From positions 1-46,861 of the forward strand of contig JBBRLI010000023.1 in NCBI GenBank assembly GCA_038231455.1: 46,861 bases of DNA, read 5' to 3'. A program made the position numbers and the translations under genes. The DNA is from Vulcanimicrobiales bacterium (lineage in GTDB: Bacteria > Vulcanimicrobiota > Vulcanimicrobiia > Vulcanimicrobiales > Vulcanimicrobiaceae). How positions within the stretch are numbered: position 1 is the stretch's first letter; each line of letters starts with the position of its first letter. This document shows positions 34,730 through 45,229 of this stretch, in pieces. Under the pieces are notes generated by a model. The model ran no database searches. It saw only the letters and a program-made list of their open reading frames with translations, and was not told the DNA's origin.

Positions 34730-37700
34730 CTAGACGCTGACCGGCCGCGGTTCTTGTGCGATCGGTGTTGCTTTCGTGCGATATGACGGAGGCTTTGACT
34801 CGAAGCGCGGCTCGATCGTCCGTGCGACCCAGAGATAGATCGTCGGAACGACGATGAGTGAGAGTAAGGTTGACGTCAGCAGTCCGCCGATGACGACCGT
34901 GCCAAGCGGCGCTTGCGTGGAACTGCCGGCTTCGATCCCGAGTGCGAGCGGCAGCATACCGCCGAGCGTCGCGAGCGTCGTCATGAGAATCGGCCGCAAA
35001 CGTAAGGGGCCGGCTTGCAAGAGCGCATCGCGCGGTGAGAGTCCATCGGCACGGAGTTGCTTGGTAAACTCGACAACGAGAATCGCGTTTTTCACCGCGA
35101 TTCCCACGAGCATGAGCGCTCCGATAAAGGCGGTGAGGCCGAACGAGCGATGTGTGATCCAGAGTGAGCCCACGATGCCGACAATCGAAAGCGGCACCGA
35201 CATCATGATGATGAGCGGATCGATGAACGACTCGAATTGCGATGCGAGCAGCATATAGATCAGCGCGATCGCCAAGAGCACGACGAGTGAGAGCGCCGAG
35301 AAGGTATCGTTGTTTTGGGTGATCTCGGGGCCGTACTGCCAGCGGTATCCGGCTGGGAATTTATAGGCGTTCATAATCGCGGTCGCATCGGCAAGGACGG
35401 CGCCGAGCGGACGACCGATCACGGTGGCGTCGATGTCGACTCGGCGCTGTTTGTTCTGACGCGCGATCTGCGAAGGCCCAAGACCCGTCTTGATCGTCGC
35501 AATCGCTCCGAGTGGAACCCCGCCGAAGGACTGCGATGTAGTCGCAGCCGCAGCGTTTGACGAATTGCTTACGAGTGCGTTTGCCGAACCGCCGCCGTTT
35601 GCTGAGGTGACCGTTGGCGGCGTGAGCAGCAGTCCCGAGAGCGAGGCGAGGGACCGGCGCTGACTGAGCGGCAATTCGATTTGAATTGGATACTGAATGC
35701 CGTTGACCTGAAAGTAAGATGCGATCGAACCGCTCGTCGCCGTTGCGATCTCACTTGAGATATCGCTCGTGCTAAAACCAAGTTGCGCCGCGCGTCGACG
35801 GTCGATGTGGACGTCGACTTCGGGATTCGAGGGCGTAACGTTGGTGTCTGGGCGAATGACGCCCGGGATTTGCGCGAGTGCCGGAATCGCGCCGACCGCT
35901 AACTGATAGTCGACGAGATTGTCGGGGCCGACGATCTGAATTGCGAGGGCATCGGACCCTTGGGCGATCGATTGCTGAACGATGTCGATCGTACGTCCCC
36001 GAACGGTCGAACCGATCAGGGCCTTCCGCAGTTCACGATATTGCGCGCGGCGTTCGGGCGAAATCTTCGCGAGCGCCGCTTGCTGCTGCGGCGACGGCGT
36101 ACTTCCCGCGCCGCGAGGCGACCCGCCCAGGCGTCGCTGCCAATCGTTGACGAATTGCGTTGCTTTATCGCCGTAGATACCGGGCTTGAGAACGATCGAG
36201 ATCGAAATTTGATTGGTGATCGAGCGGCTGAAGCCGCCGCCGTAGCCGGCCCCAACGGTCGCGCCCGATTGTTCGACGCGCGGATCTTGTGCGACGGCAC
36301 GTTCGACCAGACGTGAAACACTATCGGTTCGCGCGAGGCCGGTCCCGTTGGGAAGGCGGATGTCCAAACGCGCGTAGCGCGAGTCTGCGGCCGGAAACGT
36401 TTCAGTCGCGACGACGCCGAGTTTGAGCACGCCCAGAGTCGCCACGAACAAGAGCAGACCCGTGCCGACGACGAGAGCGGGACGATCGATCGCCCAGCCC
36501 AAGAAGCGTTTGTAACCGTTCTCGACCCGCTCGTATCCGCGATCGAACGCGGCGGAGAATCGGGCGTACGGACCCTTTGGCGCGCCGTTGCTCGATGCAC
36601 CGTGCGCTTCGTTTTTGAGCATGATGCTCGAGAGCATCGGCACGGTTGTGACGGCGACGAGGAGTGAGATTGCAACGCCCGTCATGACGACGATTGCCAG
36701 CGGTCCGAAGATGAGCCCCTGCAAGCCCGGAATGAGCAAGAGCGGTACGAAGACCGTGACGACCGTGACGGTCGATGCGAGCACGGCCGTGAAGATTTGC
36801 GAGGTTGCGCGCTCGGCGGCTTCTCGTGCCGACTCACCTTTGGCAAGGTGGCGATAGATATTTTCGATCACCACGACCGCGTCATCGACGATCAGTCCGA
36901 CGGCAAGCGCGAGACCCCCAAGCGTCATCACGTTGAGCGATTGGTGGAAGATGTAGGCAGCGAAGAGCGTCCCGAGCACCGAGATCGGTAGCGAGACGGA
37001 GACGATAAGCGTCGAGCGCCACGAGTGGAGGAAGAGCAGAATGATCAAAATCGCGAGCACCGCGCCGTAGAGGGCGGTATGCTCGAGCGCATCGATCGCA
37101 TCGGTAATGAAGCCGCGCTGATCGAAGAGTATCCCGAATTTCATCGTCGGGTAGCGTTTCTTCAACTCCGCGACCTTCGCGTAAACGCCTTGCGCGACGG
37201 CGACGACGTTGGCATCCGGCTGCGCCGTAACGATCAGCGCGACACTCGGTGCGCCGTTGAGTCGCCCGAAGATACGCTGCTCTTGAATGCCGTCACGGAC
37301 GGTCGCGATATCGCGCAGCAGGATCGGTGCGCCGTTCTTGATGGCGATGACCGTATTGCCAATCTCCGCCGCGTTCTTGAAGAGCGCACTCGTGCGTACG
37401 CCGAATTCGTTTTGACCGATCGCGATAACACCGGCTGGCGAATCGACGTTCTCGGCTTTGATCTTGTTGATGATCGCGCTGCTCGTGAGCCCGTATCCGG
37501 CGAGGACTGCGCCGTTGGGTTCCACGTTGATCGAGCGCGTTTGTCCGCCGGAGACGCCGACGCTGCCAACGCCGGTGACGGCGGAGAACTCATCGGCGAC
37601 CTGATTGCTCAAGAGATCGGAGAGATCGCGGAGCGTCCGCATGGAGTCGGTGACTTGAATGCGCACGACCGGCAGCGAATTGGGATCGGCTTTTTGAATT

Positions 37701-38110
37701 TGCGGCTCTTGCAAAAGCGGATCGTTCGGCAACTGTCCGCGGATACGCGCGACCTGCTGCTGGATATCGACGGCCGCGACGTTGATATCGGTGCCGAATT
37801 TGAACTGCGCGCGAACCGTCGTTTGGCCTTCGAACGAATTGGACTGCAAGACATCGATGCCAGAGACGCGACTGACGGCATTCTCGATCGGTCGCGTGAC
37901 GGTGGTTTCCATGGTTTCGGGTGCTACGGTACCGTAGTTGACCGTGACCGAGACCGTGGGCGGCGTGAAACTCGGAAGCAACGCCACCGCTAACCGCGGG
38001 ATCGAAAAAACCCCAAGAACGATGATCGCGCAGGCGATCATCGCGACAGTTACGCGACGGGTGACGGCAAACTTGGCAATCGACAAAAGCTCTACTCCAG
38101 GGCGAGGCAC
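34730..38110 (-). CDS. RND efflux permease (AcrB/CusA superfamily)
   Basis: VTRPIE, VGLIVDDAVVVIEN, VKNAIL, RLRPILMT; two low-complexity insertions. Confidence 0.95.
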   Translation of the reverse strand: MPRPGVELLSIAKFAVTRRVTVAMIACAIIVLGVFSIPRLAVALLPSFTPPTVSVTVNYGTVAPETMETTVTRPIENAVSRVSGIDVLQSNSFEGQTTVRAQFKFGTDINVAAVDIQQQVARIRGQLPNDPLLQEPQIQKADPNSLPVVRIQVTDSMRTLRDLSDLLSNQVADEFSAVTGVGSVGVSGGQTRSINVEPNGAVLAGYGLTSSAIINKIKAENVDSPAGVIAIGQNEFGVRTSALFKNAAEIGNTVIAIKNGAPILLRDIATVRDGIQEQRIFGRLNGAPSVALIVTAQPDANVVAVAQGVYAKVAELKKRYPTMKFGILFDQRGFITDAIDALEHTALYGAVLAILIILLFLHSWRSTLIVSVSLPISVLGTLFAAYIFHQSLNVMTLGGLALAVGLIVDDAVVVIENIYRHLAKGESAREAAERATSQIFTAVLASTVTVVTVFVPLLLIPGLQGLIFGPLAIVVMTGVAISLLVAVTTVPMLSSIMLKNEAHGASSNGAPKGPYARFSAAFDRGYERVENGYKRFLGWAIDRPALVVGTGLLLFVATLGVLKLGVVATETFPAADSRYARLDIRLPNGTGLARTDSVSRLVERAVAQDPRVEQSGATVGAGYGGGFSRSITNQISISIVLKPGIYGDKATQFVNDWQRRLGGSPRGAGSTPSPQQQAALAKISPERRAQYRELRKALIGSTVRGRTIDIVQQSIAQGSDALAIQIVGPDNLVDYQLAVGAIPALAQIPGVIRPDTNVTPSNPEVDVHIDRRRAAQLGFSTSDISSEIATATSGSIASYFQVNGIQYPIQIELPLSQRRSLASLSGLLLTPPTVTSANGGGSANALVSNSSNAAAATTSQSFGGVPLGAIATIKTGLGPSQIARQNKQRRVDIDATVIGRPLGAVLADATAIMNAYKFPAGYRWQYGPEITQNNDTFSALSLVVLLAIALIYMLLASQFESFIDPLIIMMSVPLSIVGIVGSLWITHRSFGLTAFIGALMLVGIAVKNAILVVEFTKQLRADGLSPRDALLQAGPLRLRPILMTTLATLGGMLPLALGIEAGSSTQAPLGTVVIGGLLTSTLLSLIVVPTIYLWVARTIEPRFESKPPSYRTKATPIAQEPRPVSV

Positions 38111-38180
38111 GCGCAGGCGAACCCCGCTCTATTATCCCCAACCTTTCTCGTAGCGGGCTGAGACGCCCGCCGCTTGCTTT

Positions 38181-39530
38181 TTAGCCGCCGCCGCCGGCCG
38201 GAGCGAGGAGGTCGAATGCGCCTTGTTTTGCGATTTTTTCACCGGCTTTGAGACCGCTTGCAATCGCGCTTGCGGTGCCGTTCCCGGCACGGATAATGAC
38301 CGGGCGGGCGCTGAACGTACCATCTTTTTTCTGAACGAAAACCAGCGTCTTTTCACTTTGTGGATCGACCACGATGGCCGATGTCGGCACGGTGAGGGCG
38401 ACATCGCTTGCAACGACGATTTGCGCGTGGAGCGATGCGCCCGGCGGCGCACTGCTTGGCACGCCGGTGACGGTGACCGCTGCTGACTGCGTGGTCGGAT
38501 CGACGGAGGGTACGACGCCGATGACGTGTCCGCGGCTCATCGCGCCCGTTTCGCTCACGCGAATGTCGACCGGATCGCCGACGTGAACGCGAGCGATGTC
38601 GCCTGCGGCGACGTTCAAGGACGCGCCCGCATCGCGTCGCTGTCCCAGTGCAACCACGGGAGTCGTCGGATCGACGGCCTCGCCCGGCTTCTTGAGGATC
38701 TGGACGACCACGCCGGCCTCGGGCGCGCGCAGCGTGCCGTTGACGAGATCGCGCCGCGCAGATGCGGCTTTTGCGCTAGCCGATGCTGCGCTCGCCCGCT
38801 GCACGCCCGTCTGCGCCTGGACGGCTTTGAGATCGCTCTGTGCTTGCGCCGCGTCGGCACGCGCTTGTGCGAGCGTGCCCGTTTGAGCGAGTGCTGAAGC
38901 GGCGTCTTTGGCTTCGCTTGCCTTGACGTCTTGAACGTCGGCGTCGACTTGTGCTTGCGCGGCCTGCGCGTCTTTTTGTGCGACGACGCCGCCCGTGTAG
39001 AGCGTCTGGACGCGAGTGAGATTACGTCGATCGGCCTCGAGTTTGAGTTGCGATTGCCGCAGTGCTGCGGCAGCCGAGAGGCGATCGGCGCTCGCGCCGA
39101 CACCGCCGTGTTGGAGTGCAGCGAGTTTCGCGTTCGCCGCCGCGGCTTTTGCTTGCGCGCTTAACAACGCACTCTGGCCGACCGACCCGCCGCCGAACGC
39201 AGCTTGTGCGGATGCTGCGTCTGCTGCGGCTTGCTGCGCTGCGAACGAGAGGCCGCCGGTATCGATTTGCGCGAGTGCCTCGCCTGCCTCGACCGTCTGC
39301 CCGACGTGAACGTAGAGAATGCGTACGATGCCGGGCGTTGCGAATACGAGCTTCGCATCGCTGCCGGAGGCGGCACCCACGCGACCTTGTGCGCTGACCG
39401 TTTCTTCAAACGGCGCGACGGCTGCCGTCGCCGTCGGTACGTCAACGGCGGTATCCGCGGCCGGCGATGCCACCGCATGTTTTGCGCAGCCGGTTGCGAG
39501 CACGAGGGCGAGGAGAAGGAGCTGTTTCAC
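38181..39530 (-). CDS. RND periplasmic adaptor (MFP), lipoprotein
   Basis: GTG 39530, LATGC lipobox, lipoyl halves (VHVGQTVEAGE; LRAP..GVV), long Ala-rich hairpin, SGLKAGE. Confidence 0.9.
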   Translation of the reverse strand: MKQLLLLALVLATGCAKHAVASPAADTAVDVPTATAAVAPFEETVSAQGRVGAASGSDAKLVFATPGIVRILYVHVGQTVEAGEALAQIDTGGLSFAAQQAAADAASAQAAFGGGSVGQSALLSAQAKAAAANAKLAALQHGGVGASADRLSAAAALRQSQLKLEADRRNLTRVQTLYTGGVVAQKDAQAAQAQVDADVQDVKASEAKDAASALAQTGTLAQARADAAQAQSDLKAVQAQTGVQRASAASASAKAASARRDLVNGTLRAPEAGVVVQILKKPGEAVDPTTPVVALGQRRDAGASLNVAAGDIARVHVGDPVDIRVSETGAMSRGHVIGVVPSVDPTTQSAAVTVTGVPSSAPPGASLHAQIVVASDVALTVPTSAIVVDPQSEKTLVFVQKKDGTFSARPVIIRAGNGTASAIASGLKAGEKIAKQGAFDLLAPAGGGG

Positions 39531-39531
39531 A

Positions 39532-40809
39532 TTATGACTCCGTAGCGAGTTGCAGCGCCGCACGCGCCGCGGCTTCATCGTAGATGGCCGAGAGTTCGTC
39601 CACTTGGGCTTGGGAAAACGTCGCGCGAGCGGCAGCGAGTTCGAAGCTGCTCGAACCGCCGTTGCGATAGCCAAGTTCTGTCGCGCTAAATTCCGCGGCG
39701 GCTTGGATGCGCGCTTGCGTTGCGGCGAGCCGTGCTTCGTGCGCCGCGGTGTAATTGCGCGTAGCGGAGCCAACGTCGATCGTGAGCGCACGTTCGGCGC
39801 TGGTAAGTTTCGCTTCGGCTTGCACTAAACGCTGACGTTCCTGTGCGACTTTTGCCGATGCAGCCCCACCGAGCGGGATCGTCAGGTTAGCCGTGAGGTT
39901 TGGTCCGGAGATGACCGTTCCGCCGTCGATGCCGCGCGAATAGCCGCCTTGGATTGTGAGTGGTGGAAAGGCGCCACGCTCCGTCGCGCGCACTTGTGCC
40001 CGCTCGGCGACGACGTTCTCGCGCGCTGAAATGACGTCACTTCGGGTTTGTAGCGCGCGCGCAACAGCGGTTTGCGGGTCGGTTACCGCCGCATCGGGTG
40101 CGGTCTCCGAGCGTGTCTGCGCAAGGTCGACGGGCGTTCCGGTTTCGATGCGTAGCGCTTCGGTCGCGTTGGCATCCGCGGCGCGCGCGGCGGCAAGTTC
40201 GGACGTCGCCCGGGCGATGGCGACATCGGCGCGGACGACATCCAGGCGCGGTGCGTCACCGGCCGCAAACCGCTTTTGAGCGGCTGCCCGCGCCGATGCT
40301 GCTGAGTCAAACGACGCTTTGCGCGCGCCGAAGATCGCGCGTGCCTTCAGAGCGCCATAGTAGAGCGTCACGACTTTCGATCGTTGGCTTCGTTCGGCGG
40401 TGCGCTCCTCGGCTTCGCTCGCGCGCAGCACGGCTGCCGCCTGCGAAACGAGCGGGGAATATGCCAGCAGATCGCCGATCGTCGTTTGGAGTCCGACCGT
40501 GGTCAGCGTCTGGGTGGACGTGCCGACGCCCGAGGCGGCTTGCTGTGGATTTGCGGCGTAGTTGGCAAAGCCGGCGGGGCCGAGCGTCGCGCGCGCCTGC
40601 GCGAGCGCCGAACGATTGCGTTCGACTTCACTGCGCGCAATTGTCACCTCGGGTGATGCGGCGAGCGCCCGTGCCTGCGCCGTTGCAAGATCGAGCTGCA
40701 CGAATGCCGTACCCGCCGGTTTGGTTTCGGCGGTGTCGGATGCTTGCGCGCTTCCGTAGGTCGTGGTCGCGAGTGCGACCGCGGCGAGGAATGAAAACGT
40801 TTTGTTCAC
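39532..40809 (-). CDS. TolC-family outer membrane efflux protein
   Basis: Signal peptide, RFAAGDAPRLDV and YRNGGSSSFEL repeats; between RND and MFP. Confidence 0.88.
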   Translation of the reverse strand: MNKTFSFLAAVALATTTYGSAQASDTAETKPAGTAFVQLDLATAQARALAASPEVTIARSEVERNRSALAQARATLGPAGFANYAANPQQAASGVGTSTQTLTTVGLQTTIGDLLAYSPLVSQAAAVLRASEAEERTAERSQRSKVVTLYYGALKARAIFGARKASFDSAASARAAAQKRFAAGDAPRLDVVRADVAIARATSELAAARAADANATEALRIETGTPVDLAQTRSETAPDAAVTDPQTAVARALQTRSDVISARENVVAERAQVRATERGAFPPLTIQGGYSRGIDGGTVISGPNLTANLTIPLGGAASAKVAQERQRLVQAEAKLTSAERALTIDVGSATRNYTAAHEARLAATQARIQAAAEFSATELGYRNGGSSSFELAAARATFSQAQVDELSAIYDEAAARAALQLATES

Positions 40810-43800
40810 GCGAGTTTCTTCTTCGGGACGAAAGCGGCGTAGAGCACGGGGATGAGAACGAGCGTAAAGAGCGTCGCGGTCGAGAGGCCGCCGATGACGG
40901 CAATCGCAAGCGGACGTTCCATTTCTGTTCCCGATCCGAGAGCGAGTGCGAGCGGGAAGAGACCACCGATTGCCGCGAGCGTCGTCATGAGAATCGGACG
41001 CAAACGCGTGCGACCTGCCGTGAGGAGTGCGGTTTCCATATCGTCGCCCGCAGCGATGCGCGTGTTCGCAACATCGACGAGCAGGATCCCGTTTTTGACC
41101 ACGATGCCGATGAGCAGCAAAAGGCCCATGAACGAGGAGACGTTGACGGGCGTGCGCGTGATGAAGAGGCCAAGCGCAACGCCGACGAGCGCGAGCGGAA
41201 TCGCCGCGAGAATCGTCAGCGGCGTGCGGAACGAGTTGAACGTGGCGAGCATAACAGCGAAGACGAGCATCGTTGCAATGAGGATCGTCGTGACGAATTC
41301 CTTGAACGATTGCGCCTGTGCGGCTGCGGCGCCGCCAATCGTGAGCGTGTACCCCGGCGGGCGTGGGATTGTTTTGAGCGCCTCACCGATCTTTGCGGTA
41401 ACGTCCGAGAGCGATGCGCCCTCGAGGTTCGCCGTTACGCGAATCACGCGTACGCCGTTCTCTTCATTCACGTCGCTCGAGAGCGAATCGACACGCGTTG
41501 CCGCAAGCGAGCCGAGCGAACTCGTTCCGCCTTTGGTGACGACCGGCAGGGTGGTATCGAGGCCGATCGTGGTCTCTTGCCCGACTTGGACGCGCACCGG
41601 AACCTGCGCAGTCGGAAGCGTTAGCTGCGTCGCGACGACGCCTTGCGTCCCCGCGCTTAATGCGTCGGCAAGATCGGAGGCACCGGCTCCGAGTTGCGCG
41701 AGTCGGGCCGTACTCGGTGCTATTGCCAGCGTTGGGTCTTCGTACACGACGCCGGGATTCGCATCGACGACGCCTTTGATTTTGCCGATCGAATCGTCGA
41801 TTTTCCCCGCGATCGCGATGAGCGTCGCTTGATCGGCGCCGCGAACGACGATCTCGATCGGCGACGGCGTGCCGGAGAGATCGTTGATTGCATCTTCGAG
41901 GATTTGGTGAAAGTCGAGTTGCGCCGCGGGGACCACTTTGCTGATCGAATCGCGCAAACGTCCGGACACCACATCGAATGAGGGGCGTTCGCTGCGCGGT
42001 TTGAGCGTGACGCGAATGACGCCCCGGTTGAGTGCGAGCGGAGAATAGCCGTTACTATCAACGCCGGTCAGTCGGCCTTCATGTGCGACGGCGGTCTCTG
42101 CGACGAGCACGTTTTCAATGGTGGTCGCCGCCGCGTCCGTCGCCGCAAGTGTCGTGCCCGTGGGCATCGCGTACGTGACTTCGAATTGGCCTTCATCCAT
42201 CTGCGGCAAGAATTCGCTTGGCAGCCGCATCAAAAGCAAGACGGTCGCAACGAGAATTGCGCCTGCGCCGACGTAGACTGGCGTGCGGTGCGCGAGCGCC
42301 CAATGCAGCAAGCGTTCGTAACGCACAGCGACGCGCGCCGTTGGATCGTGTTCTTCGTCGCCCCCGTCGCGCTGACGAAGAAACGCATTGGCAAGAATCG
42401 GTCCCACGAGAATCGCAAGCGTGATCGACACGAGTAGCGCGCTTGCGAGCGTGAGCGCGAGCGCGCGGAAGAAGAACCCGGCGACTCCGGTAAGGAGTAA
42501 GAGCGGCAAAAAGACGACGACCGTCGTTGACGTGGACGCGATCATCGGCACGACCATCTCGCCGACGGCGGCAATCACGGTCTCGCGCTTGGGCCGCGTT
42601 GGTTCGAGGCGCAGTCGGCGTGCCACGTTTTCGATCACGACGATCGCATCGTCGATGATGAGGCCGACCGCAACGGCAAGCCCACCGACGCTCATGAGAT
42701 TGAGCGTCTCGCCGAGCCGGCTCATAACGAAGATCGCGATCGTCATCGCAAACGGGATGATCGCCGCGGCAACGAGCGTAAGCCGCAGGTCGCGCAAGAA
42801 TGCAAAGATGACGATAACGGCGAGGATCGCTCCGATGAGAATGGCATCGCGCAAGCCGTTTTGCGAATCGATGACGAGCGTCGTTTGATCCCAATACGAA
42901 CCGAGTGAGATGTCGCTTGGAAGCCGCTTCGCTAGCGCCTTGAGGCGACGATCGAACGCGTTTTTCGCAGCGATGGCATCGGCCCCGACAAGCGCATACA
43001 TGCTGATGACGACGGCATGTTTTGCATCGTACGAGACCGCATCGATCGCCGGCGCGACGCCGAGCCCGACGGTGCCGAGCGACGAGAGCGGGATCGCCGC
43101 GCCGCTCTTGTCGACGATGGCCACAGCACCGAGGGTGCGGGCGTCTTTGACGGCAGCGTTGACGAGGAGCACGTAGCGACGGTAATACTGGGTTGCGGTT
43201 CCGACGGATTGTACGTTCGTCGCATCGGCGATGGCCTTCGTCACATCCAACGCCGAGAGGCCGTGCGCAGAGAGCGTTGCGGCATCGAGAATCACGCGAA
43301 ATTCTGTCGCCGGTCCGCCGGTGACGACGACGCGCCCGACTCCCGGCACGCCGGTGAGATTCGGAAGAATCGTTTGCAGCGCGATCTGGCGGATCACGGC
43401 CTGGGAGAGCGTCGGCGAGGTCAGGGCATAGGAGACGACCGGCTCGTTATTCGGGGCGACGGCGACCGCGACGATCGTTTTGGCGGCGGGGATTGCGGGC
43501 CGGACTTCGGAGATCGCTTGGTTGATGAGCTGAAGATCGGCCTGGGGAGACGTTGCGGGGTCGAAATTGACCGTGATGTCGGCGGAGCCTTGAGCGGAGG
43601 CGGCTTTCACGGATATCACGTGGGCTACCGTGCCGAAAGCCGCTTCAAGCGGTCGGGTAACGGCGACGCGCACTTGTTCCGGCGGGAGGTCGCCGGCCTC
43701 GGCGACGATATCGATCCGCGAAAACGTCATCGTTGGGAAAATGGCCTTGGCCGTGTTCAAATAGGCCACCACGCCGAGTACGCCGAGGATCGTGACCACG

Positions 43801-43931
43801 AAGAGCACGATGCTCGCGCGATCCAGCGCAAAAGCGGCAAAGCGAGGCCCAAACCCCTTCTGAGGGTTCGGTCCAAGTGGGGCAACAGCTAGCGCGTCGG
43901 CCTTGTCGCTCAAGGTCGGGGTGTGATACAC
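40806..43931 (-). CDS. RND efflux permease (CusA/CzcA-like); start may be slightly downstream
   Basis: VTRPLE, VGLIIDDAIVVIEN, FLPQMDEGQF, VKNGIL, RLRPILMT. Confidence 0.95.
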   Translation of the reverse strand: MYHTPTLSDKADALAVAPLGPNPQKGFGPRFAAFALDRASIVLFVVTILGVLGVVAYLNTAKAIFPTMTFSRIDIVAEAGDLPPEQVRVAVTRPLEAAFGTVAHVISVKAASAQGSADITVNFDPATSPQADLQLINQAISEVRPAIPAAKTIVAVAVAPNNEPVVSYALTSPTLSQAVIRQIALQTILPNLTGVPGVGRVVVTGGPATEFRVILDAATLSAHGLSALDVTKAIADATNVQSVGTATQYYRRYVLLVNAAVKDARTLGAVAIVDKSGAAIPLSSLGTVGLGVAPAIDAVSYDAKHAVVISMYALVGADAIAAKNAFDRRLKALAKRLPSDISLGSYWDQTTLVIDSQNGLRDAILIGAILAVIVIFAFLRDLRLTLVAAAIIPFAMTIAIFVMSRLGETLNLMSVGGLAVAVGLIIDDAIVVIENVARRLRLEPTRPKRETVIAAVGEMVVPMIASTSTTVVVFLPLLLLTGVAGFFFRALALTLASALLVSITLAILVGPILANAFLRQRDGGDEEHDPTARVAVRYERLLHWALAHRTPVYVGAGAILVATVLLLMRLPSEFLPQMDEGQFEVTYAMPTGTTLAATDAAATTIENVLVAETAVAHEGRLTGVDSNGYSPLALNRGVIRVTLKPRSERPSFDVVSGRLRDSISKVVPAAQLDFHQILEDAINDLSGTPSPIEIVVRGADQATLIAIAGKIDDSIGKIKGVVDANPGVVYEDPTLAIAPSTARLAQLGAGASDLADALSAGTQGVVATQLTLPTAQVPVRVQVGQETTIGLDTTLPVVTKGGTSSLGSLAATRVDSLSSDVNEENGVRVIRVTANLEGASLSDVTAKIGEALKTIPRPPGYTLTIGGAAAAQAQSFKEFVTTILIATMLVFAVMLATFNSFRTPLTILAAIPLALVGVALGLFITRTPVNVSSFMGLLLLIGIVVKNGILLVDVANTRIAAGDDMETALLTAGRTRLRPILMTTLAAIGGLFPLALALGSGTEMERPLAIAVIGGLSTATLFTLVLIPVLYAAFVPKKKLA

Positions 43932-43932
43932 T
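43903..43932 (+). promoter_or_regulatory. Putative sigma70 promoter for rpsF
   Basis: TTGTCG-N18-TACACT with TG extension. Confidence 0.45.
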
Positions 43933-43970
43933 CTTTGGGTTCTCCGAACGTCCGTTTGGGGCTTTATCTA

Positions 43971-44023
43971 CCCGCTGCTCATCAACCATGATGGGCCACC
44001 GTCCTTACGGTGTCCACAGAGGG
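43971..44023 (+). ncRNA. Putative S6:S18 ribosomal-protein leader RNA
   Basis: CCCGCTG pairs with CAGAGGG (SD region); inner GCTCATCA/TGATGGGC stem followed by CCA and a CACCGT/ACGGTG stem; immediately 5' of rpsF. Confidence 0.6.
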
Positions 44024-44034
44024 ACCTTAATCTA

Positions 44035-44331
44035 ATGCCAGTCGCAGATTACGAAGTCACGTACATTCTCCGTCCGAATTTTGAAGAAGCCGACATCGAC
44101 ACCAAGTCGGCCGCCATCGCTGAGGCCCTCACCGCCAACGGCGGCGAAGTGGTCGGCGAGCTCGAAAAGATGGGCAAACGTCGCCTCGCCTACGAGATTG
44201 ACGACGTGCGTGAAGGCTACTACGTCGTGATGAAATTCAAGGCCGACGCGGCTCAAGCCAAGGAGCTCGACCGCCAGATGCGTCTGAACGAAGACGTAAT
44301 GCGCGCGCTGCTGATTCGCCTCGAAGACTAA
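44035..44331 (+). CDS. rpsF: 30S ribosomal protein S6
   Basis: YEVTYILRP, GKRRLAYEI, EGYY, LNEDVMR. Confidence 0.97.
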   Translation: MPVADYEVTYILRPNFEEADIDTKSAAIAEALTANGGEVVGELEKMGKRRLAYEIDDVREGYYVVMKFKADAAQAKELDRQMRLNEDVMRALLIRLED

Positions 44332-44472
44332 GCTTCTTCGATAGTGCCAGGACGCTGGCACCCCGATCGGCGACGATCCGGGGGTATCGGCGTCCTCGAC
44401 TGCCGTTTGCACGTCGCCGCACCGCGTGGCGACACACCACATCGCACATCGCATAGCTAGGAGAAACAAACA

Positions 44473-44928
44473 ATGGCAGGTTCGTACAATAAAATTATCC
44501 TCGTGGGCAACCTCACGCGGGATCCCGAGATCCGCTACGTCGGCTCGGGTGCAGCCGTTACGAAGTTCACGCTGGCCGTGAATCGTCGGTCGAAACAAGC
44601 CGAAGAGACGGATTACGTCGATATCGTTGCTTGGGACAAACTCGCCGAAACGTGCAACACCTATCTCAAAAAAGGGATGTCGTGTTTGGTCGAAGGCCGC
44701 TTGTCGATTCGCTCGTATGAAGATAAAGACGGCAATAAGCGCAAGGCGACGGAAGTCGTCTGCAACGTGATGCAGATGCTCGATCGTGCAGGCGCCGGCG
44801 GCGGTCCGCGCCCAGGCGGCGACGATGGCGGCTCGTACGAGAGTGCGCGTCCGGTTCCGGCTCGTGCCGGTGCGCCCGCAGGCGGCGGCGTGGAAGACCA
44901 CGGCTTCGACGACGAGATTCCGTTCTAG
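44473..44928 (+). CDS. ssb: Single-stranded DNA-binding protein
   Basis: NKIILVGNLTRDPE, VEGRL, DDEIPF tail. Confidence 0.97.
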   Translation: MAGSYNKIILVGNLTRDPEIRYVGSGAAVTKFTLAVNRRSKQAEETDYVDIVAWDKLAETCNTYLKKGMSCLVEGRLSIRSYEDKDGNKRKATEVVCNVMQMLDRAGAGGGPRPGGDDGGSYESARPVPARAGAPAGGGVEDHGFDDEIPF

Positions 44929-44932
44929 AAGC

Positions 44933-45178
44933 ATGGACGCAGCGTCGGAAACGCGGATGTTTGGGTTGCTAGATCTTATAGCCGGTGAGATCACGGTGTT
45001 GCGCACTGATGTGACGGAGATACGCACCGATGTCGCGGCTCTACGCACTGATCTGACGGACTTGCGCGGCGAGGTGACGGAGCTCCGCACGGAGGTGCGA
45101 TCGGGTTTCGGTCGCGTCGAAGGCCGAATCGGACATATCGAGACGCGTGTTGAAAACCTCGAACAGGGGACTGCGTAG
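44933..45178 (+). CDS. Small coiled-coil heptad-repeat protein
   Basis: ATG 4 nt after ssb stop; ITVLRTD-VTEIRTD-VAALRTD-LTDLRGE-VTELRTE. Confidence 0.75.
   Translation: MDAASETRMFGLLDLIAGEITVLRTDVTEIRTDVAALRTDLTDLRGEVTELRTEVRSGFGRVEGRIGHIETRVENLEQGTA
44990..45094 (+). repeat. Five degenerate 21-nt coding repeats
   Basis: CGCAC(T/C/G)GA-type core recurs with 21-nt period. Confidence 0.7.
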
Positions 45179-45229
45179 ACCGTCACTCCTTCATCTTACT
45201 GACGGAACGTGACACTCCAATGAACCGGT

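Noticed and set aside
40098-41624. 508-aa Arg-rich plus-strand ORF
   Set aside because: Shadow of the tolC/RND genes with off-frame composition.
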